Below, piece by piece: positions 40,019 to 51,905 of a stretch of DNA of 64,000 nt (position 1 is the stretch's first letter; the number at the start of each line of letters is the position of its first letter). The translations under genes and the position numbers were made by a program. The stretch comes from an uncultured Chloroflexia bacterium (GTDB taxonomy: Bacteria > Chloroflexota > Limnocylindria > Limnocylindrales > CSP1-4). The notes beneath the pieces are model-generated. The model searched no databases. It was given only the letters and a program-made list of their open reading frames with translations, and was not told where the DNA came from. Where the stretch lies: assembly GCA_963720755.1 (NCBI GenBank), contig CAVRGP010000002.1, positions 288,001 through 352,000 on the forward strand, read 5' to 3'.

Positions 40019-42177
40019 TCAAGACCGTCAAGCTCGCCGGCTACGAGCTGCGCCGGCTCAAGGGGCCGGCGCCCATCATCGGCCTGATCTTCCTGGTGCT
40101 GATCCCGACGATCTGCGGGGCGATGTACCTGTGGTCGAACTGGGATCCGTACGGCCGGATGGATCGGGTCCCCGTTGCGGTGGTCAACCAGGACATTGCG
40201 GTCGAGGTCGAAGGTCAGAGTGTCAACGCAGGTGCGCGGCTGGTCGCCGAACTTCGTGCGGACACCATCTTCGACTGGCAATTCGTGGACGAGCAGCAAG
40301 CCGCTGACGGTCTCGCCGACGGCGCCTACTACATGATCATCACCATTCCGCCGGATTTCTCCGCGAATCTGATCAGCGGCTCGGGTCCGGACCCGGAACG
40401 GGCCGTCATCAGCCTGCGTCGCGACGACGCCAACGGCTACTTGTTCGACCTGATGGCCGACTCCGTGCAGGACGAGCTGGAGTCGGCGATCGACCGGGCC
40501 GCGATCGGGGCCTATCTGGACTCGGTCTTCGCCAACCTCGGCACCATCAAGACCGAAGTCACCCAGGCCGCCACGGACGCGACTGCCCTGGCGGCGGGCT
40601 CGGCGACCACCCTCACCACCGCCAGCGACCTCTCGACGGGAATCAGCACGTCGGTGCAGGACTCGGCAGAGGTCACCTCCGGGCTGGCCCTGGCGAAGGA
40701 GCAGTCCACCCAGCTGGTCACCGGCATCACCCAGGCGCAGACCGCGTCGGCCTCGCTGGTCACCGCGATCACCCCGTTGGAGTCGACGGCCTCCCAGGTG
40801 GCCTCCGACGCCGATTCTGTTGCCTCCGGCAACGCCCAACTGGCCAGCAGCCTGACGCCGGCGATCGGCGCGGTCACCAGCGCGGTGCCGCCCCTCGGCC
40901 AAGCCACGGTCAACACCGAGGCCGCGACCAGCGACATGGCGTCCCTGGTCTCCGGGCAGCTCAATCCCGACGTCGCAGCGATGGCGACCGCCGTCGCTGC
41001 GGTCGCCTCCGGCCCGCTCGACCCGGACAAGGTGAGCAACCTGCAGGAGGCCCTCGCGACCCTGCAGGCCACCTCGGCGCAGCTGACCGGACAGTCCGCG
41101 ACAGCCAGTCAGTCGGCGAGTTCGGCATCGTCGGCCTTCAACACCCTGGACAGCGCCGCCTCCGACCTATCCGGCTCAGGCAGCGACCTGACCTTCCTGG
41201 CCACCACGTCTGCGCAGGTCGCGACGGGTGCGACCGACGTCAGCGAGGGCATGAGCACGGCCTCGTCCAACGCCAGCAACGTCGATGGCACGGTCGCGTC
41301 GCTGGCCGCCAGTGCCACCGACCTGGACACCGGTATCGCGAATCTGCAGATCACCGCCCAGCGGCTCGTCGACGGCCTGGGCACTGCGGAGACCCAGTCG
41401 GCAAGCGTGGTGACGGGGGTGACCGACCTGGACACCGGCGCCAACCTGCTGGCCGGTGACCTGACAGCGATCGCCGATCGGATTCCTACCCTCGCCCCCG
41501 ATGAGCAGGCCAACTCCGAGCAGGTGATCTCCTCGCCGGCCAATCTGGAGATCACCGTGGACAACCCGGCCACCTTCTACGGCCGCGGACTGGCACCGTT
41601 GTTCTTTGGTCTGGCCATCTGGATCCTGGCCATTGCGGTGTTCCAGGTGCTGCGGCCGATCACCGGGCGCGCCCTGGCCGGCCGGGCGTCCTCGCTGCGG
41701 ATCACCATCGCCGGCTGGTTGCCGGTGCTGGGTATCGCGGTGCTGGGGTCGCTGTTGCTGCTCGGTGTGGTGTGGGTGGGGCTCGGCCTCGATCCGGTGA
41801 ACGTCGGCGGCGCGTTCGGGGTGGTGCTGCTGGCCGCCGCCTGCTTCACCGCGATCGCGTATCTGCTCCGCACCTGGCTCGGCGGAGTGGGCACGGCCAT
41901 CATGTTGATCCTGTTGATGATCCAGTTGACCGCATCAGGCGGCCTGTACCCGGTGCAGACCACCCCGGCGCCGTTCCGGGCGGTGCATTGGTTCAACCCG
42001 ATGACGTACCTCGTCGATGCCCTGCGGGTGGTGTTCACCGGCGGCCCGACCGATCATCTCTGGCGCGACGTCGGGGTGCTGTCCGGGTTGACGATCCTCG
42101 CCATCGGATTCAGCTGGCTGGTGGTCCACCGACGTCGGCGGTTCCGAGTGGGAGACCTGCATCCGGTGCTGGTCTGA
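40015..42177 (+). CDS. YhgE/Pip family membrane protein
   Basis: YLWSNWDPYG..PVAVVNQD, IPPDFS, YGRGLAPLF, SGGLYPV, PMTY. Confidence 0.92.
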   Translation: MIKTVKLAGYELRRLKGPAPIIGLIFLVLIPTICGAMYLWSNWDPYGRMDRVPVAVVNQDIAVEVEGQSVNAGARLVAELRADTIFDWQFVDEQQAADGLADGAYYMIITIPPDFSANLISGSGPDPERAVISLRRDDANGYLFDLMADSVQDELESAIDRAAIGAYLDSVFANLGTIKTEVTQAATDATALAAGSATTLTTASDLSTGISTSVQDSAEVTSGLALAKEQSTQLVTGITQAQTASASLVTAITPLESTASQVASDADSVASGNAQLASSLTPAIGAVTSAVPPLGQATVNTEAATSDMASLVSGQLNPDVAAMATAVAAVASGPLDPDKVSNLQEALATLQATSAQLTGQSATASQSASSASSAFNTLDSAASDLSGSGSDLTFLATTSAQVATGATDVSEGMSTASSNASNVDGTVASLAASATDLDTGIANLQITAQRLVDGLGTAETQSASVVTGVTDLDTGANLLAGDLTAIADRIPTLAPDEQANSEQVISSPANLEITVDNPATFYGRGLAPLFFGLAIWILAIAVFQVLRPITGRALAGRASSLRITIAGWLPVLGIAVLGSLLLLGVVWVGLGLDPVNVGGAFGVVLLAAACFTAIAYLLRTWLGGVGTAIMLILLMIQLTASGGLYPVQTTPAPFRAVHWFNPMTYLVDALRVVFTGGPTDHLWRDVGVLSGLTILAIGFSWLVVHRRRRFRVGDLHPVLV

Positions 42178-42199
42178 TCACTCCCGACTGCACCGGCTG

Positions 42200-42236
42200 A
42201 CGGCCCGCCCACAACGGCCCGCCCACAACGGCCCGC
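42200..42236. repeat. 14-bp tandem repeat (2.6 copies)
   Basis: acggcccgcccaca x2 plus acggcccgc. Confidence 0.8.
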
Positions 42237-42344
42237 AGCGGGCGCGTCGGCTGATACCCGCCCCGGCCGGCGGATCGGGCCGACGTGATCGAGAGCACTG
42301 CCCGGTACGAACCCTGCCGCTTGCCGTTCCGCCATCCGAGGTGC

Positions 42345-42381
42345 ATGCTTGCACACGGAAACTAGTTGCGGATCGCAAGCA
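42345..42381. promoter_or_regulatory. Probable MarR operator
   Basis: tgcttgc...aactagtt...gcaagca inverted arrangement just upstream of marR. Confidence 0.55.
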
Positions 42382-42413
42382 ACTGGTTGTTGGGGACATG
42401 CAAGGAGTGCATC

Positions 42414-42956
42414 ATGAGCGAAACGCTGACGGGTGTGAGTCCGTCGACACACGATCCCGGCCTCGCCGACCGCGAACCCGAGCTCACCGAATCCGCCGAG
42501 CAGATCGCTGAAGCGGTCATCGGGATGGTCCGGCAGTTCAGCGCCCTGAAGTCCAGGGTCTCCGGGCCCGATGGTGAGACCTCGCCGCAGTTCCTGCTGG
42601 TCAAGTTGGCCCACTTCGGGCCGATTCGGGCAGGCGAACTCGCGGAGCGGGTGTGCGCCGACCCCTCGACGGTGTCCCGGCAGGTCGCGCAACTGGTCAA
42701 GTCCGGTCTGGTGGAGCGGCGCGCCGACCCGGACGACGGCCGCGCCTCGATCCTGGTGCCTACCGAACTCGGGCTGGACACCGTCGGCGAGCACGTCCGC
42801 CGCCGCGGTGAGGTACTTCAGCCGGTCATCGCCGATTGGTCGCCACGGGACCGCGCCGACCTCGTCCGGCTCGTCACGAAATACACCGCGGGCATCGAGG
42901 CCCACCGCGAACAGCTCATCAACGGCATGTTGCAGCACAGGAAGGAATCCTCCTGA
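42414..42956 (+). CDS. MarR-family regulator
   Basis: RAGELA..DPSTVSRQVAQLVKSGLVER..DPDDGRA. Confidence 0.92.
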   Translation: MSETLTGVSPSTHDPGLADREPELTESAEQIAEAVIGMVRQFSALKSRVSGPDGETSPQFLLVKLAHFGPIRAGELAERVCADPSTVSRQVAQLVKSGLVERRADPDDGRASILVPTELGLDTVGEHVRRRGEVLQPVIADWSPRDRADLVRLVTKYTAGIEAHREQLINGMLQHRKESS

Positions 42957-44938
42957 TGTCCACCACGGAATCAGCGCAGACCTCAACGGAACCGCAGTCG
43001 GCACCGCCGACAGGACCGGTTGCGACGACCGAGTCGCCGGCCGGTCTGACCCACGCACAGATCCGGACCATCCTGATCGGGCTGATGGCCGGCATGCTGC
43101 TGGCCGCCCTCGACCAGACGATCGTCTCGACCTCGATCCGGGTGATCGCCGACGACCTGCAGGGCCTGTCCGCGATGGCCTGGGTGACCACCGCGTACCT
43201 GATCACCTCGACGGTGACCACCCCGCTGTACGGCAAGCTGTCCGATATCTACGGCCGCCGCCCGATGTTCATCACGGCGATCAGCATCTTCATCTTCGGG
43301 TCCCTGCTGTGCACGTTCGCCACCTCGATGTACGAACTGGCCGCCTTCCGTGCGGTCCAGGGCATCGGCGCCGGCGGTCTGTTCTCGATGGCACTGGCGA
43401 TCCTGGCCGACATCGTGCCGCCGCGGGAGCGGGCGAAGTACCAGGGCTACTTCCTGGCCGTGTTCGGCATGTCCTCGGTCATCGGACCGCTGGTCGGCGG
43501 CTTCTTCGCCGGCGCTGACACGATCTTCGGTGTCACCGGCTGGCGCTGGGTCTTCCTGATCAACGTCCCGATCGGCGCCATCGCGCTGGTCATCGTCGCT
43601 ATCACGTTGCACATCCCGCACATCCGCACCGACCACCGCATCGACTGGTGGGGCGCGGCCGCGCTGATCCTGGGCATCGTGCCGCTGCTGATCGTCGCCG
43701 AGCAGGGCCGGATCTGGGGCTGGGGCTCCGCCGGTGTCCTCGGTCTGATCGCGCTGGGCATCATCGGTGTGATCGCCTTCATCATGATCGAGTTCCGGAT
43801 GAAGGACGAAGCGCTGATCCCGATGCGGCTGTTCACCAGCCGGGTCTTCAGCATCGGCCTGTCGGTCAACGTGTTGATCGGTCTGGGCATGTTCGGTGCG
43901 CTCAGCACGCTGCCGCTGTACCTGCAGCTGGTCAAGGGTGCCACGCCGACCGAATCCGGGCTGCTGCTGATCCCGATGATGATCGGCATCATGGGCGGCT
44001 CGGTGCTCTCCGGTCAGCTCACCGCCCGCACCGGCAAGTACAAGATCTTCCCGGTCTTCGGCACCGCACTGCTGGCCGTCGCGTTCTTCGCGATGTTGAC
44101 CGTCACCGTCGACTCGCCGTACTGGCTGCTCGACATCTACTTCCTCGCCATCGGGCTCGGCCTGGGCCTGTGTATGCAGACCCTGCTGATCGCGGTGCAG
44201 AACACCGTGCCCGCCAAGGACATGGGTGTTGCGACCTCGTCGGCGACGTTCTTCCGGCAGCTCGGCGGAACCCTTGGTGTCGCGGTGTTCCTGTCGCTGC
44301 TGTTCAACTCGCTGCCGGACAAGGTGCAGGGCGCGCTGCAATCGGCCGGGACCACTCCGGAGTTCCAGTCGGCGGTCGCTGCTGCTGCCGCCGACCCGAA
44401 CAGCCCGAGCCACGCGACGGCGCAGAGCCTGATCGCCGCCGCGCAGGGCGACACCTCCGCCGCGGCCGGTATCGGTGACGCGCTCAGCACCGACTCCTCG
44501 TTCCTGAACACCCTGGACCCGGCCATCGCCCGGCCGTTCCAGGTGGGCTACGTGGATTCGACGCACCTGGTGTACATCATCGGCGGCATCATCATGGTGC
44601 TGGCCTTCGTGCTGGTGCTGGTGATGAAGGAGCTGCCGCTGCGCACCAAGTCCGCGCTCACCGAGCGGCTGGAGGAGCAGGCCGCCACCGACGCCGCCGA
44701 GGCCGCCGACCTTGCGGCCGGTCGTCCGGTGACCGCCAAGAGCGTTGCGGCGGAGGAACTCGCCGCCGAGGCCGAGGTGGAAACCAGCGAACCCGATCGA
44801 TCCCGGTCACACACCGAGGTCGGCAGTGCCGGCGGGCGGGCGTCCGACGGTGAGGTCCTGCTGAACGGTGTCGCCGTCTCGCCCGAGGCGGGGACCGGCG
44901 AGAACCGCGGACGTGGCAGGCACCGCGCCGACGTCTGA
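42956..44938 (+). CDS. DHA2 (EmrB/QacA-type) MDR MFS transporter
   Basis: LAALDQTIV, WVTTAYL, GKLSDIYGRR, WRWVFLINVP. Confidence 0.93.
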   Translation: MSTTESAQTSTEPQSAPPTGPVATTESPAGLTHAQIRTILIGLMAGMLLAALDQTIVSTSIRVIADDLQGLSAMAWVTTAYLITSTVTTPLYGKLSDIYGRRPMFITAISIFIFGSLLCTFATSMYELAAFRAVQGIGAGGLFSMALAILADIVPPRERAKYQGYFLAVFGMSSVIGPLVGGFFAGADTIFGVTGWRWVFLINVPIGAIALVIVAITLHIPHIRTDHRIDWWGAAALILGIVPLLIVAEQGRIWGWGSAGVLGLIALGIIGVIAFIMIEFRMKDEALIPMRLFTSRVFSIGLSVNVLIGLGMFGALSTLPLYLQLVKGATPTESGLLLIPMMIGIMGGSVLSGQLTARTGKYKIFPVFGTALLAVAFFAMLTVTVDSPYWLLDIYFLAIGLGLGLCMQTLLIAVQNTVPAKDMGVATSSATFFRQLGGTLGVAVFLSLLFNSLPDKVQGALQSAGTTPEFQSAVAAAAADPNSPSHATAQSLIAAAQGDTSAAAGIGDALSTDSSFLNTLDPAIARPFQVGYVDSTHLVYIIGGIIMVLAFVLVLVMKELPLRTKSALTERLEEQAATDAAEAADLAAGRPVTAKSVAAEELAAEAEVETSEPDRSRSHTEVGSAGGRASDGEVLLNGVAVSPEAGTGENRGRGRHRADV

Positions 44939-44951
44939 TTTCCTGACAGCG

Positions 44952-44998
44952 ACAGAACCGCCCGCTCCCGGTCACTCCGGGGGCGGGCGGTTTGCTGT
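44952..44998. terminator. Bidirectional terminator hairpin
   Basis: aaccgcccgctcccgg-tcact-ccgggggcgggcggttt between convergent genes. Confidence 0.75.
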
Positions 44999-45024
44999 CT
45001 GTGGCTGTGGATCTCGAGGCGGGG

Positions 45025-46470
45025 TCAGCGTTGCCAGGGTGCGATCACCGGCAGGGTGCGGTCGTCGACGGCCGGCACCGGGCGCCCGTCGACCAGCACG
45101 TATCGGCGGCGCGGCCCGCGGGCCGCGATGGACTCCACTGCGGCGACCAGGCGCTGCACATGTTCGGTGGTGGTCCCCAGCCCGACCGAGGCCCGCAGTG
45201 CCGTGCCGGTGCCGTCCTCGACAACGCAACCAGCCGCCCCCAACAGCTTTCGGACAAGCGGGTGCGCGCAGAACGCGCCGTCCCGAACCCCGATACCGTG
45301 CTCGGCGGACAATGCGGCGGCGATCACCGACGCCTGCTGTCCGGCCACCGTGAAGGTCACCACCCCGATGCTGTCCACCGCGCCGCCGAACAGCGAATGC
45401 ACGGTGACACCGGGGATCTCGGCCAACCCATCGCGCAGGGTGTTCGTCAGGGAGAGCTCGGCACGGGCCAGCGCCGCCCGGTCGGCGGTGGCCAGGGCGT
45501 GGCAGGCAGTCGCCAGCGCGACCGCCCCCGGCACGTTCGGCGACCCGGCCTCATGACGGTCGGGCAGCGGCTTCCAGGTCGTTTCCTCGTCGGTGACGCT
45601 CGCGGTGGCGCCGCCGCCGATCAGGTACGGCGGCGCGGCGGCCAGCCAGTCGGCGCGGCCGATCAGGGCGCCGGCACCGTAGGGCGCGTAGAGCTTGTGC
45701 CCGGACAGCGCGACATAGTCGACGCCCAGTTCGGCGATCGAGAACGGCCGGTGCGGCGCGAGCTGTGCGGCGTCCAGCGCGGTCCGGGCGCCGCGGGCGC
45801 GGGCGATCGCGGCCAGGTCGGCCACCGGCCACAGTTCACCGGTGACGTTGGACGCCCCGGTGATCACCAGCAGCGCCGGGCCGGGGGAGCGGCGGCGCAA
45901 CGCGTCATCGACGCTGTCGATCGCCTCCTGGGGCGTTGCCGGGGCGGGCAGTCGGATCACGGTCTGGCCGCGGCGGGCGTCCCGGGCCCACGGCAGCAGC
46001 GCGGCGTGGTGCTCGGTCTCGAACACCACGATGGTCGTCCGGGCCGGTAGGCAGTGCGCCAGCAGGTTGAACGAGTCGGTGGTGTGCCTGGTGAAGATCA
46101 CCGCGTCGTCGGCGCCGCCACCCACGAAGTCCCGCACGGGTTCCCGGGCACCCTCGTACAGGGCGGTGCAGACCTTCGAGTGCCAGCCGGCGCCCCGGTG
46201 CACGCTGGCGTACCGCTCCAGCAGCGCGTCCACGGTGTCCCGGACCACCCGCAGCGCCGGGGCCGAGGCGCCGTGGTCGAGGTTCGCGTAGGAGATCCGG
46301 CCGCCGCCGGCCAACGGCACGGAGGCGTCGGCCCCGACGATCTCCAGGCCGGGAGCGTGCGGGTGGCACACCGGTCCGGCGCAGGGTCCGATGATCGGGA
46401 CCTCATGGCGCTGTGGTCGACGAGGGGTCAGTGCCGAGGCCAGGTCGGGGCGTTCGAGAAGAATGGTCAC
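45025..46470 (-). CDS. Class V PLP enzyme, SufS-like cysteine desulfurase
   Basis: NLDHGAS, YASVHRG, EHHA, LDAAQ, SGHKLYAPYG, VRDGAFCAHP. Confidence 0.9.
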   Translation of the reverse strand: MTILLERPDLASALTPRRPQRHEVPIIGPCAGPVCHPHAPGLEIVGADASVPLAGGGRISYANLDHGASAPALRVVRDTVDALLERYASVHRGAGWHSKVCTALYEGAREPVRDFVGGGADDAVIFTRHTTDSFNLLAHCLPARTTIVVFETEHHAALLPWARDARRGQTVIRLPAPATPQEAIDSVDDALRRRSPGPALLVITGASNVTGELWPVADLAAIARARGARTALDAAQLAPHRPFSIAELGVDYVALSGHKLYAPYGAGALIGRADWLAAAPPYLIGGGATASVTDEETTWKPLPDRHEAGSPNVPGAVALATACHALATADRAALARAELSLTNTLRDGLAEIPGVTVHSLFGGAVDSIGVVTFTVAGQQASVIAAALSAEHGIGVRDGAFCAHPLVRKLLGAAGCVVEDGTGTALRASVGLGTTTEHVQRLVAAVESIAARGPRRRYVLVDGRPVPAVDDRTLPVIAPWQR

Positions 46471-46510
46471 GTCGTTCTCCTACGGTCCATCGGACCCTCA
46501 GGAGACCTGT

Positions 46511-46625
46511 GGCCCGCGCTTGCCGGACGCAACACGCGCCCAACCAGGTCTTCACCCGGGGCACCCCACCGCGGTTGGAGGGTTGCCGGCCAGCAAGCCG
46601 GGGCTATCTGCTGGCACTCATGACC
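46511..46625 (-). ncRNA. SAM-IV riboswitch
   Basis: Reverse complement GGTCATGAGTGCCAGC..GCCCCGGCTTGCTGGCCGGCAACCCTCC..CGCGGTGGGGTGCCCCGGGTGAAGACC..GGCAAGCGCGG, in the leader of a sulfur-metabolism gene. Confidence 0.9.
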
Positions 46626-46714
46626 TTGACCGGGACACTAACAGGGTCCAGATGAGGCTGTCACGACTCTCGGGGGAGTGCGCTGCGTCACAGCTGGGTC
46701 ACGGTTGACAGCGG

Positions 46715-47161
46715 TCAGTGGCGATCCGTCAGGTCGATCAATCGCCGCAGGCCCGGCGGCTGGTACGGCGTCCACCGATCCTCCTGCCGCAGTTCTGCGG
46801 CGATGTGTGGGTCGGACAGCCGTCGTCGCGCGCGTTCGTACAACGGAGTGTGCAGGCGGCGGACGAGGTCGACGAACGAGTCGATGTCGGCAACCGCAAC
46901 GCCCGGCTCCGTCGGCCGGCCCGGCCCGGCGGACAGGTAGGCCAGCAGCAGGGTCAACCCGGCGGCGCCGAGGTGGCTGCGCAGGTCAATGGTGACGACG
47001 TCATCCGATGACGGTAGGCAACCCGCCGCGTGCACGATGCGGAAGTCCGTCACGAGAAATGGCTCGGTGGAGAGGGTTCGGGAACTCACCACGCCCTGGT
47101 CGGCGGTCACCTGGTCGTCGCAGGTGTCGCAGATCCAGGCGCACGGTCCCTCGTCAGGCAT
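46715..47161 (-). CDS. Hypothetical protein with CxxC/HxxxC motif
   Basis: WICDTC...FRIVHAAGC...LVRRLHTPLYERAR; protein-like composition. Confidence 0.65.
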   Translation of the reverse strand: MPDEGPCAWICDTCDDQVTADQGVVSSRTLSTEPFLVTDFRIVHAAGCLPSSDDVVTIDLRSHLGAAGLTLLLAYLSAGPGRPTEPGVAVADIDSFVDLVRRLHTPLYERARRRLSDPHIAAELRQEDRWTPYQPPGLRRLIDLTDRH

Positions 47162-47224
47162 GCCGGCCGGTCGGGGGTGGGCGGCCGATTCGGCGCCACC
47201 CCCGACGCTCATCAGCACGTCCCG

Positions 47225-49098
<1,874 letters not shown>

Positions 49099-49167
49099 TC
49101 AACAAGCAGGCGCACTGATGACCCTGCACTGCTGGTTTAACCGTTAACTTCGCTCTAGGATCGGCGA

Positions 49168-50265
49168 ATGACGCGTCGACAGGCTGATCGGCCCTCGCTG
49201 GCGACCGTGGCCGAGCGGGTTGGGGTGTCGACCGCGACCGTGTCGAACACCTTCAACCGGCCGGAAAAGGTCTCCCCTGACGTGGTGGCCCGGGTGCTCG
49301 CAGAGGCGGAACGGCAGGGTTACGCCGGCCCGGATCCAGCGGCCAGGCAACTCAGTCGTGGCCGCACGGACACGGTCGGGCTGCTCTTCACCGACGAGCT
49401 GTCCTACGCGTTCGGCGACCCGGCCGCCGTGGCGTTCATCGCGGGGCTGGCGACCAGCTGCCAAAGCGCCGGGTTGAACATGTTGCTGATCTCCACCGAG
49501 TCCACCGGCGGCCGGAGCACTGCTGTCGGCAACGCCGTCGTCGACGGGTTCGTGGTGTATTCGGTTCCTGCCGACGACCCGCATCTGCGGCGCATCCTCG
49601 AACGCCAGCTACCGACCGTCGTCGTCGATTCCCCGCCGGAGCCGGCCGGGGTCGACTGGGTGGGACCCGACGACCGGGCCGGCGCCAGGTCCCTGGGGGA
49701 GATGCTGGTCGGGTTGGGCCACCGAAGGATCGGGGTGATCACCGGGACAGGGCGGGTGCGGTACTCCGGGCCGACTGCGTTCTCCTCCCTGCTCGACGAG
49801 CCTCCGTCGGTGCACCGCAACAGAATCCTGGGCCTGCACGACGCGCTGGCCGCGGTCGGTGTCGACGACCTGCCGATCGAGGAGCGCCCGGAGAACACGG
49901 CGGCGGCCGGCGCGTCGGCGCTGCACGCCCTGCTGGACCGCCGGCCCGACCTGACGGCGGTCTGCGCGCTGATGGATCGGCTGGCGCTCGGTGCGCTGAC
50001 CGCCGCCCGGGAGCGGGGCCTGGCGGTGCCCGGTGATGTGAGCATCACCGGCTACGACGACATCCCGCAGGCCGACGCGGCCGGTTTGACCACGGTGCAT
50101 CAGCCGCACGCCGACAAGGGCCGGATCGCCGGCGAGCTCTACCTCAGCCACCGGCCCGGCGATCCGCCGCGTCGCCGGGTGCTGCCGACCCATGTCCGGG
50201 CCAGGGCCACCACCGGCCCGCCGCGTCCGGAGTACAAAACCCTCGACGGCGCCCGGCCATTCTGA
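49168..50265 (+). CDS. LacI-family regulator
   Basis: LATVAERVGVSTATVSN, DVSITGYDD, LTTVHQP. Confidence 0.93.
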   Translation: MTRRQADRPSLATVAERVGVSTATVSNTFNRPEKVSPDVVARVLAEAERQGYAGPDPAARQLSRGRTDTVGLLFTDELSYAFGDPAAVAFIAGLATSCQSAGLNMLLISTESTGGRSTAVGNAVVDGFVVYSVPADDPHLRRILERQLPTVVVDSPPEPAGVDWVGPDDRAGARSLGEMLVGLGHRRIGVITGTGRVRYSGPTAFSSLLDEPPSVHRNRILGLHDALAAVGVDDLPIEERPENTAAAGASALHALLDRRPDLTAVCALMDRLALGALTAARERGLAVPGDVSITGYDDIPQADAAGLTTVHQPHADKGRIAGELYLSHRPGDPPRRRVLPTHVRARATTGPPRPEYKTLDGARPF

Positions 50266-50529
50266 TGGCCCCTCACGACTTCGTCGGAGCGACTGGGCCC
50301 GCTCAGCGCAGTGGTACTTGCGCTGGCCGAGGGTGCGTCGCTGCCGGAGGAGGCGGTCGGCAAACTCCGGGACATCTGCCGGGAGATCCGGGACACGAAG
50401 GATTCCTACCGGCACGGCGCGGCGCAGCGGGCGCATGCGGCCCTGCAGGAACCAGCCGACCACGACCCCGATGCCCTGACCGTGCTGCTCACCGAGTTCG
50501 CCTCGCGACCGGCCGGCGGGGTCACCTGA
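50265..50529 (+). CDS. Small hypothetical protein, probably frameshifted at the 5' end
   Basis: ATG coupled to the lacI stop; coding-like 50311..50529 frame. Confidence 0.45.
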
Positions 50530-50635
50530 CCGGCGCACCTCCGCCGGTGCTGTACGTTTTGGAGGTCTCCTCCGGGGTGCCGTATGCTTTCCAAGCTCCC
50601 AACGGCAAGCCGTTGGAGGCGGGTTTCAAGGCCCA

Positions 50636-50708
50636 GCCCCCATCGTCTAGCGGCCTAGGACGCTGCCCTTTCAAGGCGGTAGCACGGGTTCGAATCCCGT
50701 TGGGGGTA
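50636..50708 (+). tRNA. tRNA-Glu(TTC)
   Basis: GCCCCCA/TGGGGGT stem, anticodon loop CTTTCAA. Confidence 0.95.
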
Positions 50709-50749
50709 CACGGTTCTCGAACCGGGTACGGTAGGAAAGTCGGTGCCAA

Positions 50750-50823
50750 GGCCCCGTAGCGCAGTTGGTTAGCGCGCCGCCCTGTCACGGCGGAGGTCGC
50801 GGGTTCAAGTCCCGTCGGGGTCG
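50750..50823 (+). tRNA. tRNA-Asp(GTC)
   Basis: GGCCCCG/CGGGGTC stem, anticodon loop CTGTCAC. Confidence 0.95.
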
Positions 50824-50866
50824 CTGTGCGGGCCGGATCCACGAAAGTGGGCCGGCCCGTTGTAGT

Positions 50867-50943
50867 GGCCAGGTAGCTCAGTCGGTACGAGCGTCCGCCT
50901 GAAAAGTGGAAGGTCGCCGGTTCGATCCCGGCCCTGGCCACCA
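50867..50943 (+). tRNA. tRNA-Phe(GAA)
   Basis: GGCCAGG/CCTGGCC stem, anticodon loop CTGAAAA, encoded CCA. Confidence 0.95.
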
Positions 50944-50952
50944 CGATCGGCA

Positions 50953-50984
50953 ACAGGTCAGAGGGCGCGAGCCTTCTGACCTGT
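50953..50984 (+). terminator. Hairpin after the tRNA operon
   Basis: acaggtcagagggc-gcga-gccttctgacctgt. Confidence 0.7.
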
Positions 50985-51083
50985 CGTGGTTTCCGGGCAC
51001 GGCGCCCTGACCGAGCTGGTGGTGGCGCCGATCGATCACCGAATGAGGATCTCGACCTGGCGTCCGCGGCAGCACGCCCGAAC

Positions 51084-51800
51084 TCATTCCGGCCCGTGCC
51101 AGCGGAACTTGACTTCAGGTTGGCCTAGGTGCCGAACGGCGGAGCCCCTGGCCTGTTCGGCCAGATCGGTGATCCGCGCCATGATGAGCTCGGTCGCCCG
51201 CCGGTGGCCGTCCGGGGAGTCAGCCCACTCGCTCAGATCGAGTGGTTCACCGACCACCAGCCGCACGGTGTGTCGATGCCACAGATGCCGGATGCCCGGG
51301 CGCGGCCCCCAGAGCCCGACCGGGATCACCGGGACCTGCGGGTGTGCCGCCGCCAGTCGGGCGGCGCCGGTCTTGCCCGGCCCCGGGCGCAGATCGGGCG
51401 CCGTACTGAACCGGCCTTCGGGATACAAGCAGACGACATGCCCGCGGTCGAGCTTCCGGGCCGCGGCGGCCAGCGAATCGGCGGCCCGGTCGGACCCTCG
51501 CACGACCGGGATCTGCCTGGCCGCCCGGAGCAGGCGCCCGACGACGGGCCAGGTGAACACCTCGGCCTTGGCCAGGAAGTGCGGGAACCGGTGGTGTCCG
51601 GTCACCAGCCGCGCCAGCGCCAGGGTTTCGGTGGACGAAAGGTGGTTGGCCACGATGATCGCCGGACCGGTGGCCGGAATGTGGTCGCCGCGCTCGTACC
51701 GCACGCGATGCACCACGGCGGCGCCCAGGGCGATGCCGAGAAATCCGATGATGGTGCGAACCGGCCGCTCCCGCGGCCAGCGCGCACGGGCGGGCGTCAT
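51084..51800 (-). CDS. Lysophospholipid acyltransferase (PlsC family)
   Basis: VANHLS, FLAKAE, YPEG, PVIPVG. Confidence 0.88.
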   Translation of the reverse strand: MTPARARWPRERPVRTIIGFLGIALGAAVVHRVRYERGDHIPATGPAIIVANHLSSTETLALARLVTGHHRFPHFLAKAEVFTWPVVGRLLRAARQIPVVRGSDRAADSLAAAARKLDRGHVVCLYPEGRFSTAPDLRPGPGKTGAARLAAAHPQVPVIPVGLWGPRPGIRHLWHRHTVRLVVGEPLDLSEWADSPDGHRRATELIMARITDLAEQARGSAVRHLGQPEVKFRWHGPE

Positions 51801-51905
51801 GCGCCCGATGATGCCGCACCAGCGGGTCAACCCGTGGCCGGAGGCGCTCGCTCCACGACCTGACGCCGACGGTAATCTTGGCCTGCTCGAAAACCTGGAG
51901 GCTTG

